Positions 28,354 to 41,365 of a stretch of DNA of 64,000 bases are shown here, in pieces. The notes below the pieces were generated by a model. It was not told where the DNA came from, made no database searches, and saw only the letters and a program-made list of their open reading frames with translations. This stretch comes from Ramazzottius varieornatus. Taxonomy: Eukaryota; Animalia; Tardigrada. The DNA lies in contig BDGG01000005.1 of the NCBI GenBank assembly GCA_001949185.1, forward strand, positions 1 to 64,000. The letters run 5' to 3'. The translations under genes and the position numbers were made by a program. Position 1 is the stretch's first letter. Each line of letters begins with the position of its first letter.

Positions 28354-29199
28354 GTTGCAAGCTTGAAGAACACAAGGTAGATCCACAAGGATGAGACCAG
28401 AAATCGGATGTGCCAAGAAATCTATTCGGGTTCTTGAAGCTATGAAAATGACGATCTAACGATTACCGAGCTCGCGTTCCGAACTTCCGATCAGCGTTGG
28501 ACGGATGATTTACTCAGCCTAATATCGAGATTTACGCAAATGTCGCGTGAGAGCTGCCACAATACACGTTGCAAAAGAAAATCTGTCATGGCCACCCAAC
28601 TTCTATCTTTATAAACCGGAGAACCGGTGTTCGACCGACATTCGGAACGGCATTTTTCATATGAAAGATATTGATTGACCGATTACCGTTTCAAAGTTGA
28701 GCCGCACTTGATGGTGCGAAGCCGATCTGTGTTTTCAATAATTCGCTGAGTAAATCATCCGCCCAACGCTGCTTCCGATTCCGAAAATTGAAGCCTATGG
28801 CGTGTCATTTTGAATAAAGAGTACTTCTCACGATCATCAAATATTCGGTCGTCTGATTGTTTGATCGAAGTATCTGGAAAAACTGTCAGTATGGCCCACC
28901 AAATGATAATGGCAGTACGAGTTACCCTCGAATCGCAAACTCGTTTATGCTTCTAAGCTGAACTTCCCGTCCGCATTTGCAACTTGCAAGTTTGGGAGCT
29001 TTTCCGGGAATTTTCGCTTCCTACCGTTGTGTGATCCTGAGGTTGGTTGTTAACGCTTGTTGCAGGGGTTACAGGTTGCTGACGTGACTGGAGATTCACG
29101 AGAAGACTTGAATGCCGGTCGCAGATTTCACTGGGATATTGACTTCCGGCCATCACGGTGCAGCGTTTTACGATACTCCGGCGTCTTTCCCCTCTTGCC

Positions 29200-30099
29200 A
29201 TGGCGTCCAGTCAAGCCCGAACGATCCACTGCAAGATCGGACCATCGATCCTGAACTCCAACCTTGCATCTTTAGGCGATGAGTGTCACCGCATGATGGA
29301 AGAGGGCGCTGACTATTTGCACCTGGACGTTATGGACGGACATTTCGTGCCAGCTATTACATTCGGTCACCAGATGGTCCAATCCCTCCGCAAAGCCCTC
29401 CCGAAGAGCAAATGCTGGTTCGACATGCACATGATGGTGCAAGATCCCGACAGGTTCATCAAGGACATGGCCGATGCCGGTGCGGATCAATACGTGTTCC
29501 ATGTGGAAGCTACTCAGGATGTGGACAAGACTATTCGCAAAGTGAAGGAAGCTGGCATGAAGGTAAACTATATCAAACTGTCGCTGTTCCTGGAAACACT
29601 GTCCTGATCTTTGGGTTTGTAATTGCAGGTTGGAGTGGCGATCAAGCCCAAGACGCCTGTGGAAGTTGTTTTGCCTTATGTGGAGCACGTCGATTTGGTC
29701 CTAGTGATGACTGTCGAACCTGGAGCCGGTGGTCAGAAGTTTATGGACGACATGATGCCTAAGGTGAAGACACTTAGAAAGCGGTTTGCGGAACTGGATA
29801 TTGAAGTAGATGGCGGCGTGAGTCCTGATACCATCCACCATTGCGCGGAGGTAGACTTTTCCTTTAATCCCTACTTCCGGCCTCCGTTCTCGGCTCTTAT
29901 CAGAAGCAGATATGAGCTTAAGCTTGGGCACTAGATGTGTTCGTTACTCTGATGACCTGCTTTGTCGTTCTAGGCGGGAGCGAACCTTATCGTCTCTGGA
30001 ACAGCCGTGGTAAAGAGCGAGTCGCCGAGAGACGTTATGGTCAAGATGCGCGAGGCTGTTCGCGTGCAGATACCCAACTGGAAGAACATCTCATCGTAA
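29200..30099 (+). CDS. RPE: Ribulose-phosphate 3-epimerase, 3 exons
   Basis: Motifs KIGPSILN, LHLDVMDGHFVP, DMHMMV, LVMTVEPG, IEVDGGV and AGANLIVSGTAV. Confidence 0.97.
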
Positions 30100-31038
30100 A
30101 TGCAAGACGTCAACGGTGACTCAAGGAACAAGAGAAAGGCCCCATTCCGGCAGAGTGATGTATGCATGTTTAACGGTGCGTAACTGTGATTTCAAGTTTA
30201 TATAATTCATTTTGTAGTAATCATTGATGGATTTACATTATCGGCCACATTAGGTGCGTCCGGAAACGCACCTCTTTTTGGGTCTTTTACTTGACTGTTC
30301 TGAAGTGGAGCTGTTCCGCGAGGTTTCGGCTTTCAGTCCAGGCTTGGGCTATTGTCGCATGCGGCGATGATGTGTACTTTACCGGGATGCTTAATGAACG
30401 AATTAAATGCTTTCGCCGAAATTGATCACCTGATTAGGGTACAGTGAGGAAGGTGGGTTCCCGGAGTTTAGTTAGATCAACCTCTCATTTCAAATGCAAT
30501 GTCCAAGCCAGTAGACAGGCTCAATTGTACATGCTTATAGATCCCTCACCCAGAGGAACCGAGAAGTGCTGGTGCCTGCGCTTGTTGTCACTTGGATCGA
30601 TGACGTACGAGACGGTACGAGAATTACAGTTCGCTACTGTAAGAGTTGCCGGTCCCCGTCTCTTCAACATCGTGCGGGCTGTAGAGTACGATCACTTTGA
30701 TTCTCAGTCGAGATTCCTTCTACCGCTTCTTTTCACTGGTGGTCTCCAAGTGGATCCTCCTTCGTAGTGGTTTTCTGCGGTTCTCTACTACTGACTGTTG
30801 ACTGACTGTGGATTCTTATTTCAGAGGGACGTCGGATTGCGAAAGACATTGAGTGTTTGCGAGCAAGCTTTGTGACTTGCTAATTCTTCACACTGTTTAA
30901 TTCATCGCTCAGTTTCACGAATATCTTTGCAGATTCAAGTCCGTATGAGTAGGAATGGCGAATCTTGGTACATGTAGATTTTGTGGAAGGATCGCTTGCG
31001 GTTGATCAGCTTCCGGGTCGTGACTGGGTACCCCTCTG

Positions 31039-33540
31039 ATGTCGAATAACATGGATACTGTCAACTTCACCGTGTCAGAATGGAGTACGACGAACTTTTC
31101 GAATGATTCGTCTGCTTTGTATTTTCGGGCCATGAATGGAACCAGAAGTCTTCCGCGAGCTACGGTGTACCCGATGAGCTACCGAGTTGTAGGAACTGTC
31201 GCAGACGTCATCATTTTCATTGTGGGATTTCTGGGCAACATTATGATTTGTGCCGTGGTCAAGAACACCAAATCACTGCAAACGCCCACCTACTGTTATT
31301 TGGTGAGACAGCGTTCTCTCGTTTTTCCGCACTGATGGTCCGTCTGCGCATGCAAGCTGACGATTATTCAAAGGCTTTTCAACATCTAAGTAATTGATGA
31401 GGAAGGAGGCTGTTGACGGAAATCCTTTTGTAGGTCTCGTTGGCTGTAGCGGACATTCTTCTTGTTTGCGCAGCCATTCCGGAAGCCATTATTTCCTACC
31501 ATTTGTACAGCAAGCAATGGATCCTGGGACATGCCGGCTGTGCCATTATGGTCTTCATTACGTTTCTGGCAATAAACGCCGGCTCCTTGAGGTAATATAT
31601 TTCGAAAAACGGAGACATTTGAAACATGGGCCAACGAAGTGAATCAGATTGTCAATCGTAACCCCAGGTGGAGCACGTTTTCATGGTTGCTGGTTGGAAG
31701 AGTGCGTCACTTGGGAAAGCGATCTGGTTTAAACCATTCGCCCACGTCCCGGTTACAGTAAAGATAGCAAAAGATATTGTCGAGAATTTGCGCTAATTTG
31801 GAGAGGTTTCAGAAGCTCCAGAAATGCGTAACATGTAGCAACAATAAAACTGTCATGTTGGATCAGCGTGGGAGAGATAGATTGGCTCCTAATAATCCTG
31901 ATGATGCCACTACTTTTACGTTTCCACCCGCTTCTTTGTGATCGTTGATCTTCACTCTGCATCGCCGAAAATAGTCTACTCCTCGTCCTATTGACGTGGC
32001 CCTCAGAAAAATGCAATAGGACTATATGTGCCTTTATCAAATAACGAGGTTGTATCTTTTCTCTTCTAGCATTCTCGCCTTCACAATTGAGAGGTAAGCA
32101 CGTGCAACATCCTTCGACCTGGTATACTGTGTTTGTTAATTGAAAAAGTCCCACGCCCGGCGGCTCAAGTTCTAATTAGCAGCTAGAATCGTCCCACAGG
32201 ATTGCAACATGTTTGAAATCTTTGACAGGTACATTGCGATATGCCATCCAATGCTGGCACAGAAAGTTTGTACAGTGAGCAGAGCCCGCAACATAATCCT
32301 GACAACCTGGGCCATTGTCTGCCTGTACAGCGCGCCCTGGCTGGGTCTGAGCGGAACACGGCCTCTGCGGCTCGCTGACGTCACGGGAATGGAGAAGTGT
32401 GACTATTTGCTGTCTCGAGACATGTACATCTACTTCTTCCTCTTCGACGTAGTGGTCTTCTACTGTGTTCCACTTCTCATATCGGTCATACTTTACCTGA
32501 GAATGGGTTTAGTCTTGCATAAAAGCATGCAAGATCTACGAAAGCAGATCGGTACAAGGATGCCCTTGCGCGGTTGGTCCATGCGGAAGAGCTCGAGCTG
32601 TACTCTGGAGAATCCTCCTCGTAATTGTGCTTCAATGTCCCGTGGAGCTTCGACAAAGAACCCTCCGAAGTGGCTGAGCGTTCCTGGAGATGAGAGTCGC
32701 ACGGGCCCCAGTACTCAGAGGGATACGCAGACAGCCAATGCTACCATGCAGTCACGATGCCAAGTTGTGAAAATGCTGATCGTGGTGGTGGTCTGCTTCG
32801 CGGTCCTTTGGCTACCCTACCGAGGTCTCCTAGTATACAACTCGTTGGTATCAAAACCATGGCTGAATATGTGGTATGTCCTGTTTGCCAAAACTTTAGT
32901 GGTAAGTTACTACGTCCCCTATATGAATTACTATTAAATATAGATAGCGCGAGATCATAGATTTGGTAGCTCGGCAGGCTAACTTGACAAGGTTTCCTTT
33001 CCAAGTGGCGCACGGTTTCTGTGCTAATATTTAAAATTGTGCGCCAGTGGAAAAGGATCTTGTCGAGTGTGTTTTTGAAGTAACGCACACCTCCAGTTAA
33101 CAACCCTGGAAAACAACCGCCACTTTGGTAAATCACGCAAGAGCAAAACTAGTAAAATAGATAAAATAGATAATTAATTAGCTCACAGTAAAACAGAGTT
33201 GAATAAGAGATATGTGTCGTGACGAATAATGGCCTGGAATTGCAGTACATGAACAGCGCCATCAACCCATTCCTCTACACTGTCCTCAGCCGGAAATTTC
33301 GGGAAGCGACATTCCGGATGCTTGCTTGTTGTAGTTTTGGGCGTGAGTCTTTTGCATTCTCTTCAAGTCATTCAAGGAAAATTAGTGTAATGATTTATCA
33401 CGATTGTGTCGCCGTGCTCTCCAGGGATCAACACGCGGACAAGGATGGGGCCTTCGAGATCCGAGCTGGGACTCCGCCAGATTAGCACGAAATCAAGAGA
33501 TATTGATTCAGTTTCACTCGCAACCAGTGCCACCTTGTGA
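31039..33540 (+). CDS. TRHR: Thyrotropin-releasing-hormone-receptor-type (TRH/EFLamide) rhodopsin GPCR
   Basis: [56 protein letters not shown] and YMNSAINPFLY closely follow TRHR motifs. Exons ~31039-31302, 31434-31591, 32070-32093, 32229-32901, 33246-33342, 33425-33540. Confidence 0.88.
31621..31750. repeat. 120-bp palindromic family A, copy 7 (TRHR intron)
   Basis: CAGGTGGAGCA-N27-TGCGTCACTTG...ATCTGGTT...CGCCCACGTCCC. Confidence 0.8.
32965..33085. repeat. 120-bp palindromic family A, copy 8 (TRHR intron)
   Basis: CAAGTGGCGCA-N27-TGCGCCAGTGG. Confidence 0.8.
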
Positions 33541-34092
33541 TGAGAAACCACGCGACGAGCCTTCCCAGTTCGCCATCCAGCCACATTTCCGTCACGTTTG
33601 TAAACCATGAATTTCATGCATGACTTGCTACCAATATAACGTTTGACCATGTGATTACCGGTGTTGGCTTCTGATGGAGTTACGCACCCAGTTCTACTAA
33701 TCTTATTACGAATCAATACTGGGTGATTCCGAACGTTACACTAATCTTCGACGTTAACGGATAACCGGATTTTATTCAATCAGCCTTGAGTTAAACCGCA
33801 ATCCAAAAAATACGTTGCAACCCACGGGTGTGGTCCCCCCCCCCCATATTCACAGGTTCGTCCGAACCGCCACATCCGGAATCTGGAGTGCTTTATCGTG
33901 CCATATTATGATGTCTTACGCAGGTATCGTTCGACACACAGTACGTGACGTTTCCATTAAGGTATCCGATCCGGAATGGAACTATTTATTGTAATAGTCT
34001 AGAGCGAGAAAATCAGTCGAACGTTTGTAGAAACGATACGCAGGCCAAAATAGGCTAAAGAGTAAAACCAAGAAGGCAATGGGTAAAACGCA

Positions 34093-37000
34093 TCAAACTC
34101 TTTTACCAAAGCGGTATTTCGGTTTTGTCGACTTGATAATACTGTCACTCGTCTTCTCATCTGCTTTTTCCTCATAGTCCTGCCGCAGAAACTTGTACAA
34201 ATTCTTGGCGTCCGCCGTACTGCCCAACACTGACACGAGGTCGTCTTCGCTAAGGTCGCACAATGCCGCTATACTGTCCACTCTGTGCATAATGGCCATG
34301 TAGTTCTTCGCGTTCACACCAGGCAGTTTCAGCAACAGCTCTTTCGCTGCCTGGTTGAAGCGTTCTTTGGACGTGGTCGCTTCATCTAGTGACGATATGG
34401 TCATGGCTTTGGCTGGGTCCGGCTCTTGTCTACCTAACTTTAGCTCTTGGAACAACTCTGCAGTGGCATACGGACTCGAACACCAGAGAATACGAAGCTT
34501 TGAGAAATGGAGGGTCAAAAGAACTAATTTATTAGAAACATCTTTCAGTGTCGACTCCTTGGCGTAATTCCCTCGGAGACTGAATGACTTGTTCTGATCA
34601 AATTCGATCAACAGAACCGGCTTCTTGTAAAACCTGCAAGCAAATGAAAGAATCGTCAGTCTGAGCAACTTCGCATTATTCTCCTCAATTTCTATTTTGA
34701 ACTTCTGTTTCGACTCTATTCATGACTGACGCAGGCAAACAAGCTCGACAAGGTCGTTTTCCTAATCGGCGCACGCTTCCAGCGTATAACAATGAAAAGC
34801 TGTGCCATTGGGGAAAATAATCAGGCATGGATATCTGGCGAGCTTTCGACTTGTTTTCATTTATTTTATACTATTCGTTTGTTTTAATTCTATAAACTTT
34901 GGTTTCCGTTTCGGGGATAGACTTATCGTTCTCTAGTTCGTTTTTCATATTTGATGTTTCTGTTATTTTCGATTCGTGAATACCGGTAGCGCTAATTGTT
35001 TATACCGAGTCATTTGAGTAGCTTGGTTATACAGGCGTCCACTGTTCAGAGATCCAATCAAGTCGTTAACCGACTTCCGTTCCACGCAAATATCCGGTGT
35101 GAGAACATAGTCACCAATCTCCAAAGTGACAGGAAGGATATCGATCCCACGACGGTGGATCAGCGAGGGAAGCTCGCTACGAAACTCCCGCATATCCACA
35201 ATGACGCGCGGCATTTCCATCTGTTGCGGATCCATTAAACCGCCCTTCCTTGTATTCGTCTGTTCAGCAAAGGCCACATCACGATACAGGTCAGCGGTGA
35301 TGTCTTCCGGCAGCGCCATGTTGCCTTTCTCCCGAATCAGGTGCTCGAAGGCCTGCTTCTCAACCCGTAACGTTGTCAGATACCTTCAAGACAAAACCCT
35401 GATGAACCAACGCACTTCAAATTTTCGTTCGAATTTTTGTCTTCAGTTTCTGGATACAGTCCTACCTGCGAGATGTGACAATCGCTCCTTCTGCGATTAA
35501 ACAACGATTTTCCACGGGCTTGCTCGCCATACACTGCGCAGCACGATCAGCAGATCGACGCCCGGTTCTGGCTTGACTTGATCAAGTAATCAAGCGGACA
35601 TCCGATCAGCTGACTGTTCTCGTGCAAACAGAATGGCGCGTAGCTCCGAGAACATACGAACCGTCTAGAACTAAAATCAGGCGTTTGAACTGTCACATGT
35701 CGCAGGTAGGACTGTATTTAAGTTTGCATCACTCTAATGATTCTATTTCCCATTCCGCCACCTCTTGAACAATAAAGTAAATGTTCATCTAAGGGTTCAA
35801 TTCATTTCGATCTAAATTCAGTCATAGTATTTTCGAAATAAATTTGTATCAATTGGAAGGTCGGCAACAGAACTTAGCCAGATAGTTTACCCCAGTGGCG
35901 CACGTTTTGCAGTGATACTGGCCGAGAGCATGCGCCACTTGGGAACATGATCGCGTAATATGCTTTCCGTGCTGCGAGGACTAAAATGTACCTTTGTTCT
36001 TCTACCGAATTGGTATACATAACAAAGTACACGCGAACCGGTAAAGACGCATGAGTCGCCTGATGCACTTCGATCTGTCGGACCACATTCATGTCCAGAT
36101 CGTACAGGACGATGTAGCGAGGCATGAAGCGTCGAAGTACTCGAACCACTTCGAAGGCCTTGTCCGACAAGGAGTACAGCGGGTGTATCACGGTTGCCGA
36201 AGGACTCAGCAGCTCGTACTCTTTCACTTCCGTCCACAGCAACACTTCCGACTTTAAGTCCCATGTCTTTTCTTCGTTCGAGCTTATAGGTTCGACTTCA
36301 ACTGGTTTCACTTCTCCGACTGGAGGTTCAACCTTCTTTCTCTTTTCATTTACCATTTGAGTCAGGGTTACTTGATCGTCGTCTTTGTCTATGTTCCTTT
36401 TGCCACCGCCATTTTTCGGTGCTGGTTTTGTGTTCTTCGATGTGTCTGTTTCCGCGGGTTTCGAGTTGGAGTCCTTGATCGTTATTGTGCCAGCTAGCGA
36501 ACTGTGCTCAAAGATTTTCTTTATGACAGCTTCATGACCAGACTCGATGAGAGTTTTCAGCTGAATACAGCAGAGTTCGTCTGCCACGAAGATGAGTGTT
36601 CTTCCAGCCCCCATCTCTGTCTCGTGGAGCTGTGTGTTTTGCTCACGGACTTCTTGGACGACTTCCTGCACTGCCTTCCATTTGGGGTTCATCTCAACCG
36701 TATTCAAGTCAATTTCCGACTCTGACTCGGAAGCGCTCTCTCCAAAAACCCGCTGATGAGCCAGGACGAACAGCTTCTCGGCAGGCTCGAGGAACATCCA
36801 GCTGGAAGCTGCTGTTTCGGGTGAAGCGCGAGCTCGGAGCCGCGCGACGAGGTTGTAGAAAGACAAGCAATCGTAGGAAGTCAAATACCTGCAGAGGCAA
36901 AAAACCGGTGAATTACCGAATAAGTTTAGAGAATGACTAATTGGCACGGAATCATCCTAACAGGGTCGTGCCGTGTACCTTTAGGCCCGATGCCCGATGG

Positions 37001-38075
37001 ATGAAATTCCCAAGCTTACGGTGTTTTAAGACTTAAGAGCCTTACAGTAAAAGGGTGCGGAAGACTTTGAGATCGGCGATCAGTTGCTTCGTCTTGTACG
37101 ACAGGTGGTGCCAGACAGGGTCGAGGTGCAGACTGACCAGTTTCTCGAAGGACCGACTGATGGCATTCTCCACTGTGATCTCGTCTGTATCCAACGTTGG
37201 GTTGCACCGTTTGACTTCTTTGACGCAAACCGCTATTAAGTCCAACACAGACATTTGGATGTCCCGCATTCGTGAGCTGAGCTTCAGTTGCAGTTCGATC
37301 ACTTCCGGCTTGACTTTGCTGAAGACGTCAAGCACGCTGGCTTCGAACCTGGGCCACAAGTATAGCTTCCGCACGAAGAGATTCTTCAGTATTCGTTCCA
37401 CTCTTCCGAATCCCTGAGTGAAAGACTGCGGTTGATCCGTGAAGGCTTTGATAAAGCCGGTGGCGTTCTTTTGACGATAAAGCCGGAGAATGAAAGCTTC
37501 TTGTGAGGAGTCGATTACTTTGTGTGCGCGGTTAACAAGTATCCCGCTGAGGTGAGTCGCAGGTACACGATCGCTCAAGAAGTCCACCACCAGGATCCGT
37601 GAACTTATGAAGAGCACACCTCCTTGAAGATATGTGGAATATCTGGAACGAAGAATACTGTACTTGTTAGTCGGCTAAACGTGGTGGATTTAGGGACCAC
37701 TGGTCCCGCGGCAAGACGAGTAAATCGGTCACCCCGACTAAGATAAGGAATCCATTGGGTGGCCGACTCACTGTTGTTGCCACTGTGTAGTTATACTTAC
37801 CTGGTTTGCGCAGGCACTTCATTGTTGATCACTTTCGGCAGTGTCTTAATCTTTTGCTGTCGCAGTTCATCGATAAAGTATTCTTCCTCTTCGGAGTTGG
37901 TATTGAGCACTAGAACCAATTGACCAGGATCACAGTAGATTTTAAGAAAATTTGAGAAGATGCGTTCCAGTCCCATTCCTTTGGCCATCACCAGCAAGCC
38001 ATCTTCGTGGAAGCAGTCCAGAAAAATCTGCCGCTCGTATTCCAGCAGCGTAGTGTCCATCGATGGTTCTTCCAT
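34093..38075 (-). CDS. ERCC4: DNA repair endonuclease XPF
   Basis: N-terminal LLEYERQIF; SRILVVDFL; nuclease [35 protein letters not shown]; C-terminal HhH LLKLPGV. Confidence 0.97.
34727..34847. repeat. 120-bp palindromic family A, copy 9 (XPF intron)
   Basis: GACAAGGTCGTTTTCCTAATCGGCGCA-N27-TGTGCCATTGG. Confidence 0.65.
35457..35714. mobile_element. 258-bp Tc1/mariner/pogo-type MITE in an XPF intron
   Basis: 24-bp TIRs CAGTCCTACCTGCGA(G/C)ATGTGACA with 1 mismatch; TA on both sides. Confidence 0.88.
35855..35975. repeat. 120-bp palindromic family A, copy 10 (XPF intron)
   Basis: AATT|GGAAGGTCGGCAA...CCAGTGGCGCA-N28-TGCGCCACTTG. Confidence 0.8.
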
Positions 38076-38447
38076 TGTGTACCGATGATATCTGCAAAAC
38101 GGAAGTGCACGCTCAGATTCAGAAGAAGAAATCGCCAAAAAGAAAAACGCAATTACGCCACTGCGCCATTAAAAGTGGTAAAATTCATGCCATTAGGCGG
38201 AGCGAACTCGGCAGGCCGTATCGTGTCTGTCTCGTTCTTCAGTTACGTACCGAGGCGAAGCGGTCAAGGAGACGCCAGGCCAAGCGGCCCTAAATTCATT
38301 TTCCAGTTTCCAAAAACGGGCATAAAAGTTGATTTCTTTGCGAGATTTTTTTCTTTCTTCCTACTCTAAGACGAACCACCATCTTCCGTTTCCCTTGATC
38401 GTCACTCGGATTTGGTGGAAGATACTCAGGTCTACATCATTGCCAAC

Positions 38448-41018
38448 ATGGTGAGTTGTTCCACGCCGTGGAGCTCTTATGAGATGTGGTAACTTAGGAG
38501 TCATTTACCAGCGTCTTTGTTTCAGCCGGCACCACCAATCTTTCTCGCATTCGCCAGTGGAGATAATGATGTCAGAGGAAAGCAGCTCGTTGTCAGTAAT
38601 ATCAATGCCTGTCAGATCGTTGCTGATGCCGTACGTTCGACATTGGGTCCTCGCGGAATGGACAAGATGATTGTCGAAAGCAACGGCAAAGCCACCATCT
38701 CAAACGACGGCGCAACCATTATGAAGCTTTTAGATGTCGTTCATCCCGCTGGAAAGATGCTGGTTGACATCGCCAAGAGCCAGGATGTGGAGGTAAACAG
38801 TAGCGATATCTAGTTAGATATCCAACCTGGAGTTCGGTGCGATAATGGACTAGACTTATTCTGTATTTTGGTCGTATGACGTTTGAAATTCTGTGGGTTG
38901 ATTTGGTTGATTTTCGTATCACTAATCGACGAGTCGTCTTCTTGGTAGGTTGGAGATGGAACAACATCGGTAGTCTTGATCGCGTCGGAGCTGCTGAAGC
39001 AAGTGAAGCCTTATGTCGACGAAGGAGTTCATCCTCAAGTCATCATCAAGAGCTTTCGCAAAGCGACAGAGTTGGTTAGTAAAAGTTGTGTCCTTGTCAC
39101 AGTAAAGTTCACTAAGGCACCTGACGAAGTACGTAGCGTTTCTACTTTCACTCAGGCGATCGAGAAAATTAAAGAGCTCTCTATCAAGATCAAAAAGGAT
39201 GACAAGGCAGGACTTCGCGCAGTCCTCGAGAAGTGTGCGGCGACGACTCTGAGTTCGAAGTTGCTGTCTTCCCACCGAGAGTTCTTCTCCAAAATGGCAG
39301 TGGACGCAGTCATGTTGTTGGATGAGCTGTTACCAATGGACATGATTGGTATCAAGAAAGTTACCGGTGGAAATATGGAGGTTTGCCGGATGAATTACAC
39401 AGTATTTTGAGGTAGATCCTCGATGAACGGCTTAGTGAAAGTGGTTCTTTTTACAGGAGTCGATTCTCGTCTCTGGAGTGGCTTTCAAGAAAGCCTTCTC
39501 GTACGCTGGATTTCAGATGCAGCCTAAGCACTTCAAGAATCCGTATATAGCCATGTTGAACGTTGAGCTGGAACTGAAAGCTGAGAAAGAGAATGCTGAA
39601 GTCAGAGTGGAAAATGTTGAGGTAGAACAGAGGTTTCCGCTCGAGCAACGAGAATATAATATCGACTATCACGGATGTTTTCTGAGCTGCCATGATAGAC
39701 CGGAGTATGTTTTCGTAGGAGTACCAAAAGATTGTCGATGCAGAATGGCAGATTTTATACGACAAGTTGCAGTCCATCCATGACAGTGGAGCCAAAGTCG
39801 TCCTGTCCAAACTGCCCATCGGAGATGTCGCCACACAGTGGTTCGCCGATCGTGACATGTTCTGTGCTGGCAGAATCCCCCTTGAAGATCTGAAACGAGT
39901 GCAAAAAGCCTGTGGAGGCTCTGTTCAAACCTCGACGCAGAAGCTGGCTAAAGAGTCCCTAGGTACATGTGGAGACTTCGAGGAGAAACAGGTCGGGAGC
40001 GAGCGGTAAGTTTGACTGAATTGGACACGGCCTTGTTCGGCTCACCGACGCCGACCAAGGCCGTGCCGTGGCAATAGCTCGTTTATACGGCCTAGAATGG
40101 CATTGACGTCTCGCTTTTGCAGGTTCAACTTCTTCACCGAGTGTCCCCTGACTAAAGCGTGCACACTGGTACTTCGTGGTGGTGCCGAGCAGTTCATCGA
40201 CGAGATGGAACGGTCCCTTCACGACGCCATTATGATAGTGCGAAGGGCGCTGAAACATGACAGTGTCGTCGGTGGCGGTGGGGCTATCGAGATGGAATTG
40301 AGCAAGTACCTTCGCGACTTTGCCCGAACAATCCCAGGAAAGCAACAGCTGATCATCAGTTCCTACGCTAGAGCTCTAGAAACAATTCCTCGCCAGCTGT
40401 GCGACAACGCCGGCTTCGATTCAACCAACGTCTTGAACGAACTGCGCCAGAAGCACGCACAGGGTAAGGTCCAGAATGGAATACGTAGCCAATAGAATAA
40501 TGATGAGATCGAAAAAGAAAACTTGAAACTCAGTATCGAAAGGTGAGCGGGCGAAAATTGCCTGTTCCTCACGACCTACATACACTTGTTCTTGGTTTCG
40601 CACGGCGCCTCAGTATGCACCTGCATGTCGTATTGCTAATAAGTCGTTTGCAGCTGCGTTCACCTGCATACCCGTTTCTCGTCGTAAGCGCGGAGACTAA
40701 TGTATGCGGGCGAAATATACCTGGAAATCACGTCTGCCAGTTTACTGTTAGGGATCCCCTGTTGCGCTGCAGTGAAGCTTTCTTTGTACAGGGGCGAAAT
40801 GGTATGGAATCAACGTTTTCACGGAAGGTATCGCTGATACGTATGTTGCATGTATCTGGGAGCCCGCATTAGTCAAGATCAACGCTTTGACGGCAGCTTC
40901 GGAAGCTTGTTGCCAGATTTTGTCAGTTGACGAGCTGATCAAGCACTCCAAGGGAGCAAATGAGTACGAAGCTCCGGACGCACTTCCTGGTCGAGGCCGC
41001 GGTCGTCCTGCCATGTAA
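38448..41018 (+). CDS. CCT7: T-complex protein 1 subunit eta
   Basis: ATG-only first coding exon; [37 protein letters not shown]; C-terminal GRGRGRPAM typical of CCT7. Confidence 0.97.
40573..40712. repeat. Dyad family B, two tandem units (CCT7 intron)
   Basis: GACCTACATAC-N29-GTATGCACCTG, then CACCTGCATAC-N30-GTATGCGGGCG. Confidence 0.65.
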
Positions 41019-41159
41019 CTGTCTTATTTTTTCTGGTCAAGCGATCCACTAACTGTTCACTGCAGATGATGTTCGTAGAAGTTCTCGTCGGTGAGCCCGT
41101 TTTATACTGCCATCTTGTTATTTACTTCTTATGATGTTTCATAACTTCGCTTACTACTA

Positions 41160-41365
41160 CTGTATTCGCTCGATAGTTCTGCGAACGACGTCATCACGCC
41201 AGTGAATAACACCCGCACTGATATCACTGATTGTTTGATTGTCGCCTATCACTGCTCCTGATTGGCGGGTAATCTTTGATTGAAGGTATAAATGTTTTTT
41301 TTGCCCCGCTGGGTGACATTTACCAGGACAGTCACGTGATTCGCAGAACTATCGAGGGAATACAG
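41160..41365. mobile_element. 206-bp TA-flanked MITE just downstream of the CCT7 stop
   Basis: 26-bp TIRs CTGTATTC(G/C)CTCGATAGTTCTGCGAA with 1 mismatch; TA on both sides. Confidence 0.85.

Noticed and set aside
40499-40560. C-box-like ATGATGA in a CCT7 intron (and GTGATGA at ~22314 in UGGT) as C/D snoRNAs
   Set aside because: No suitably placed CTGA D box or terminal stem found.
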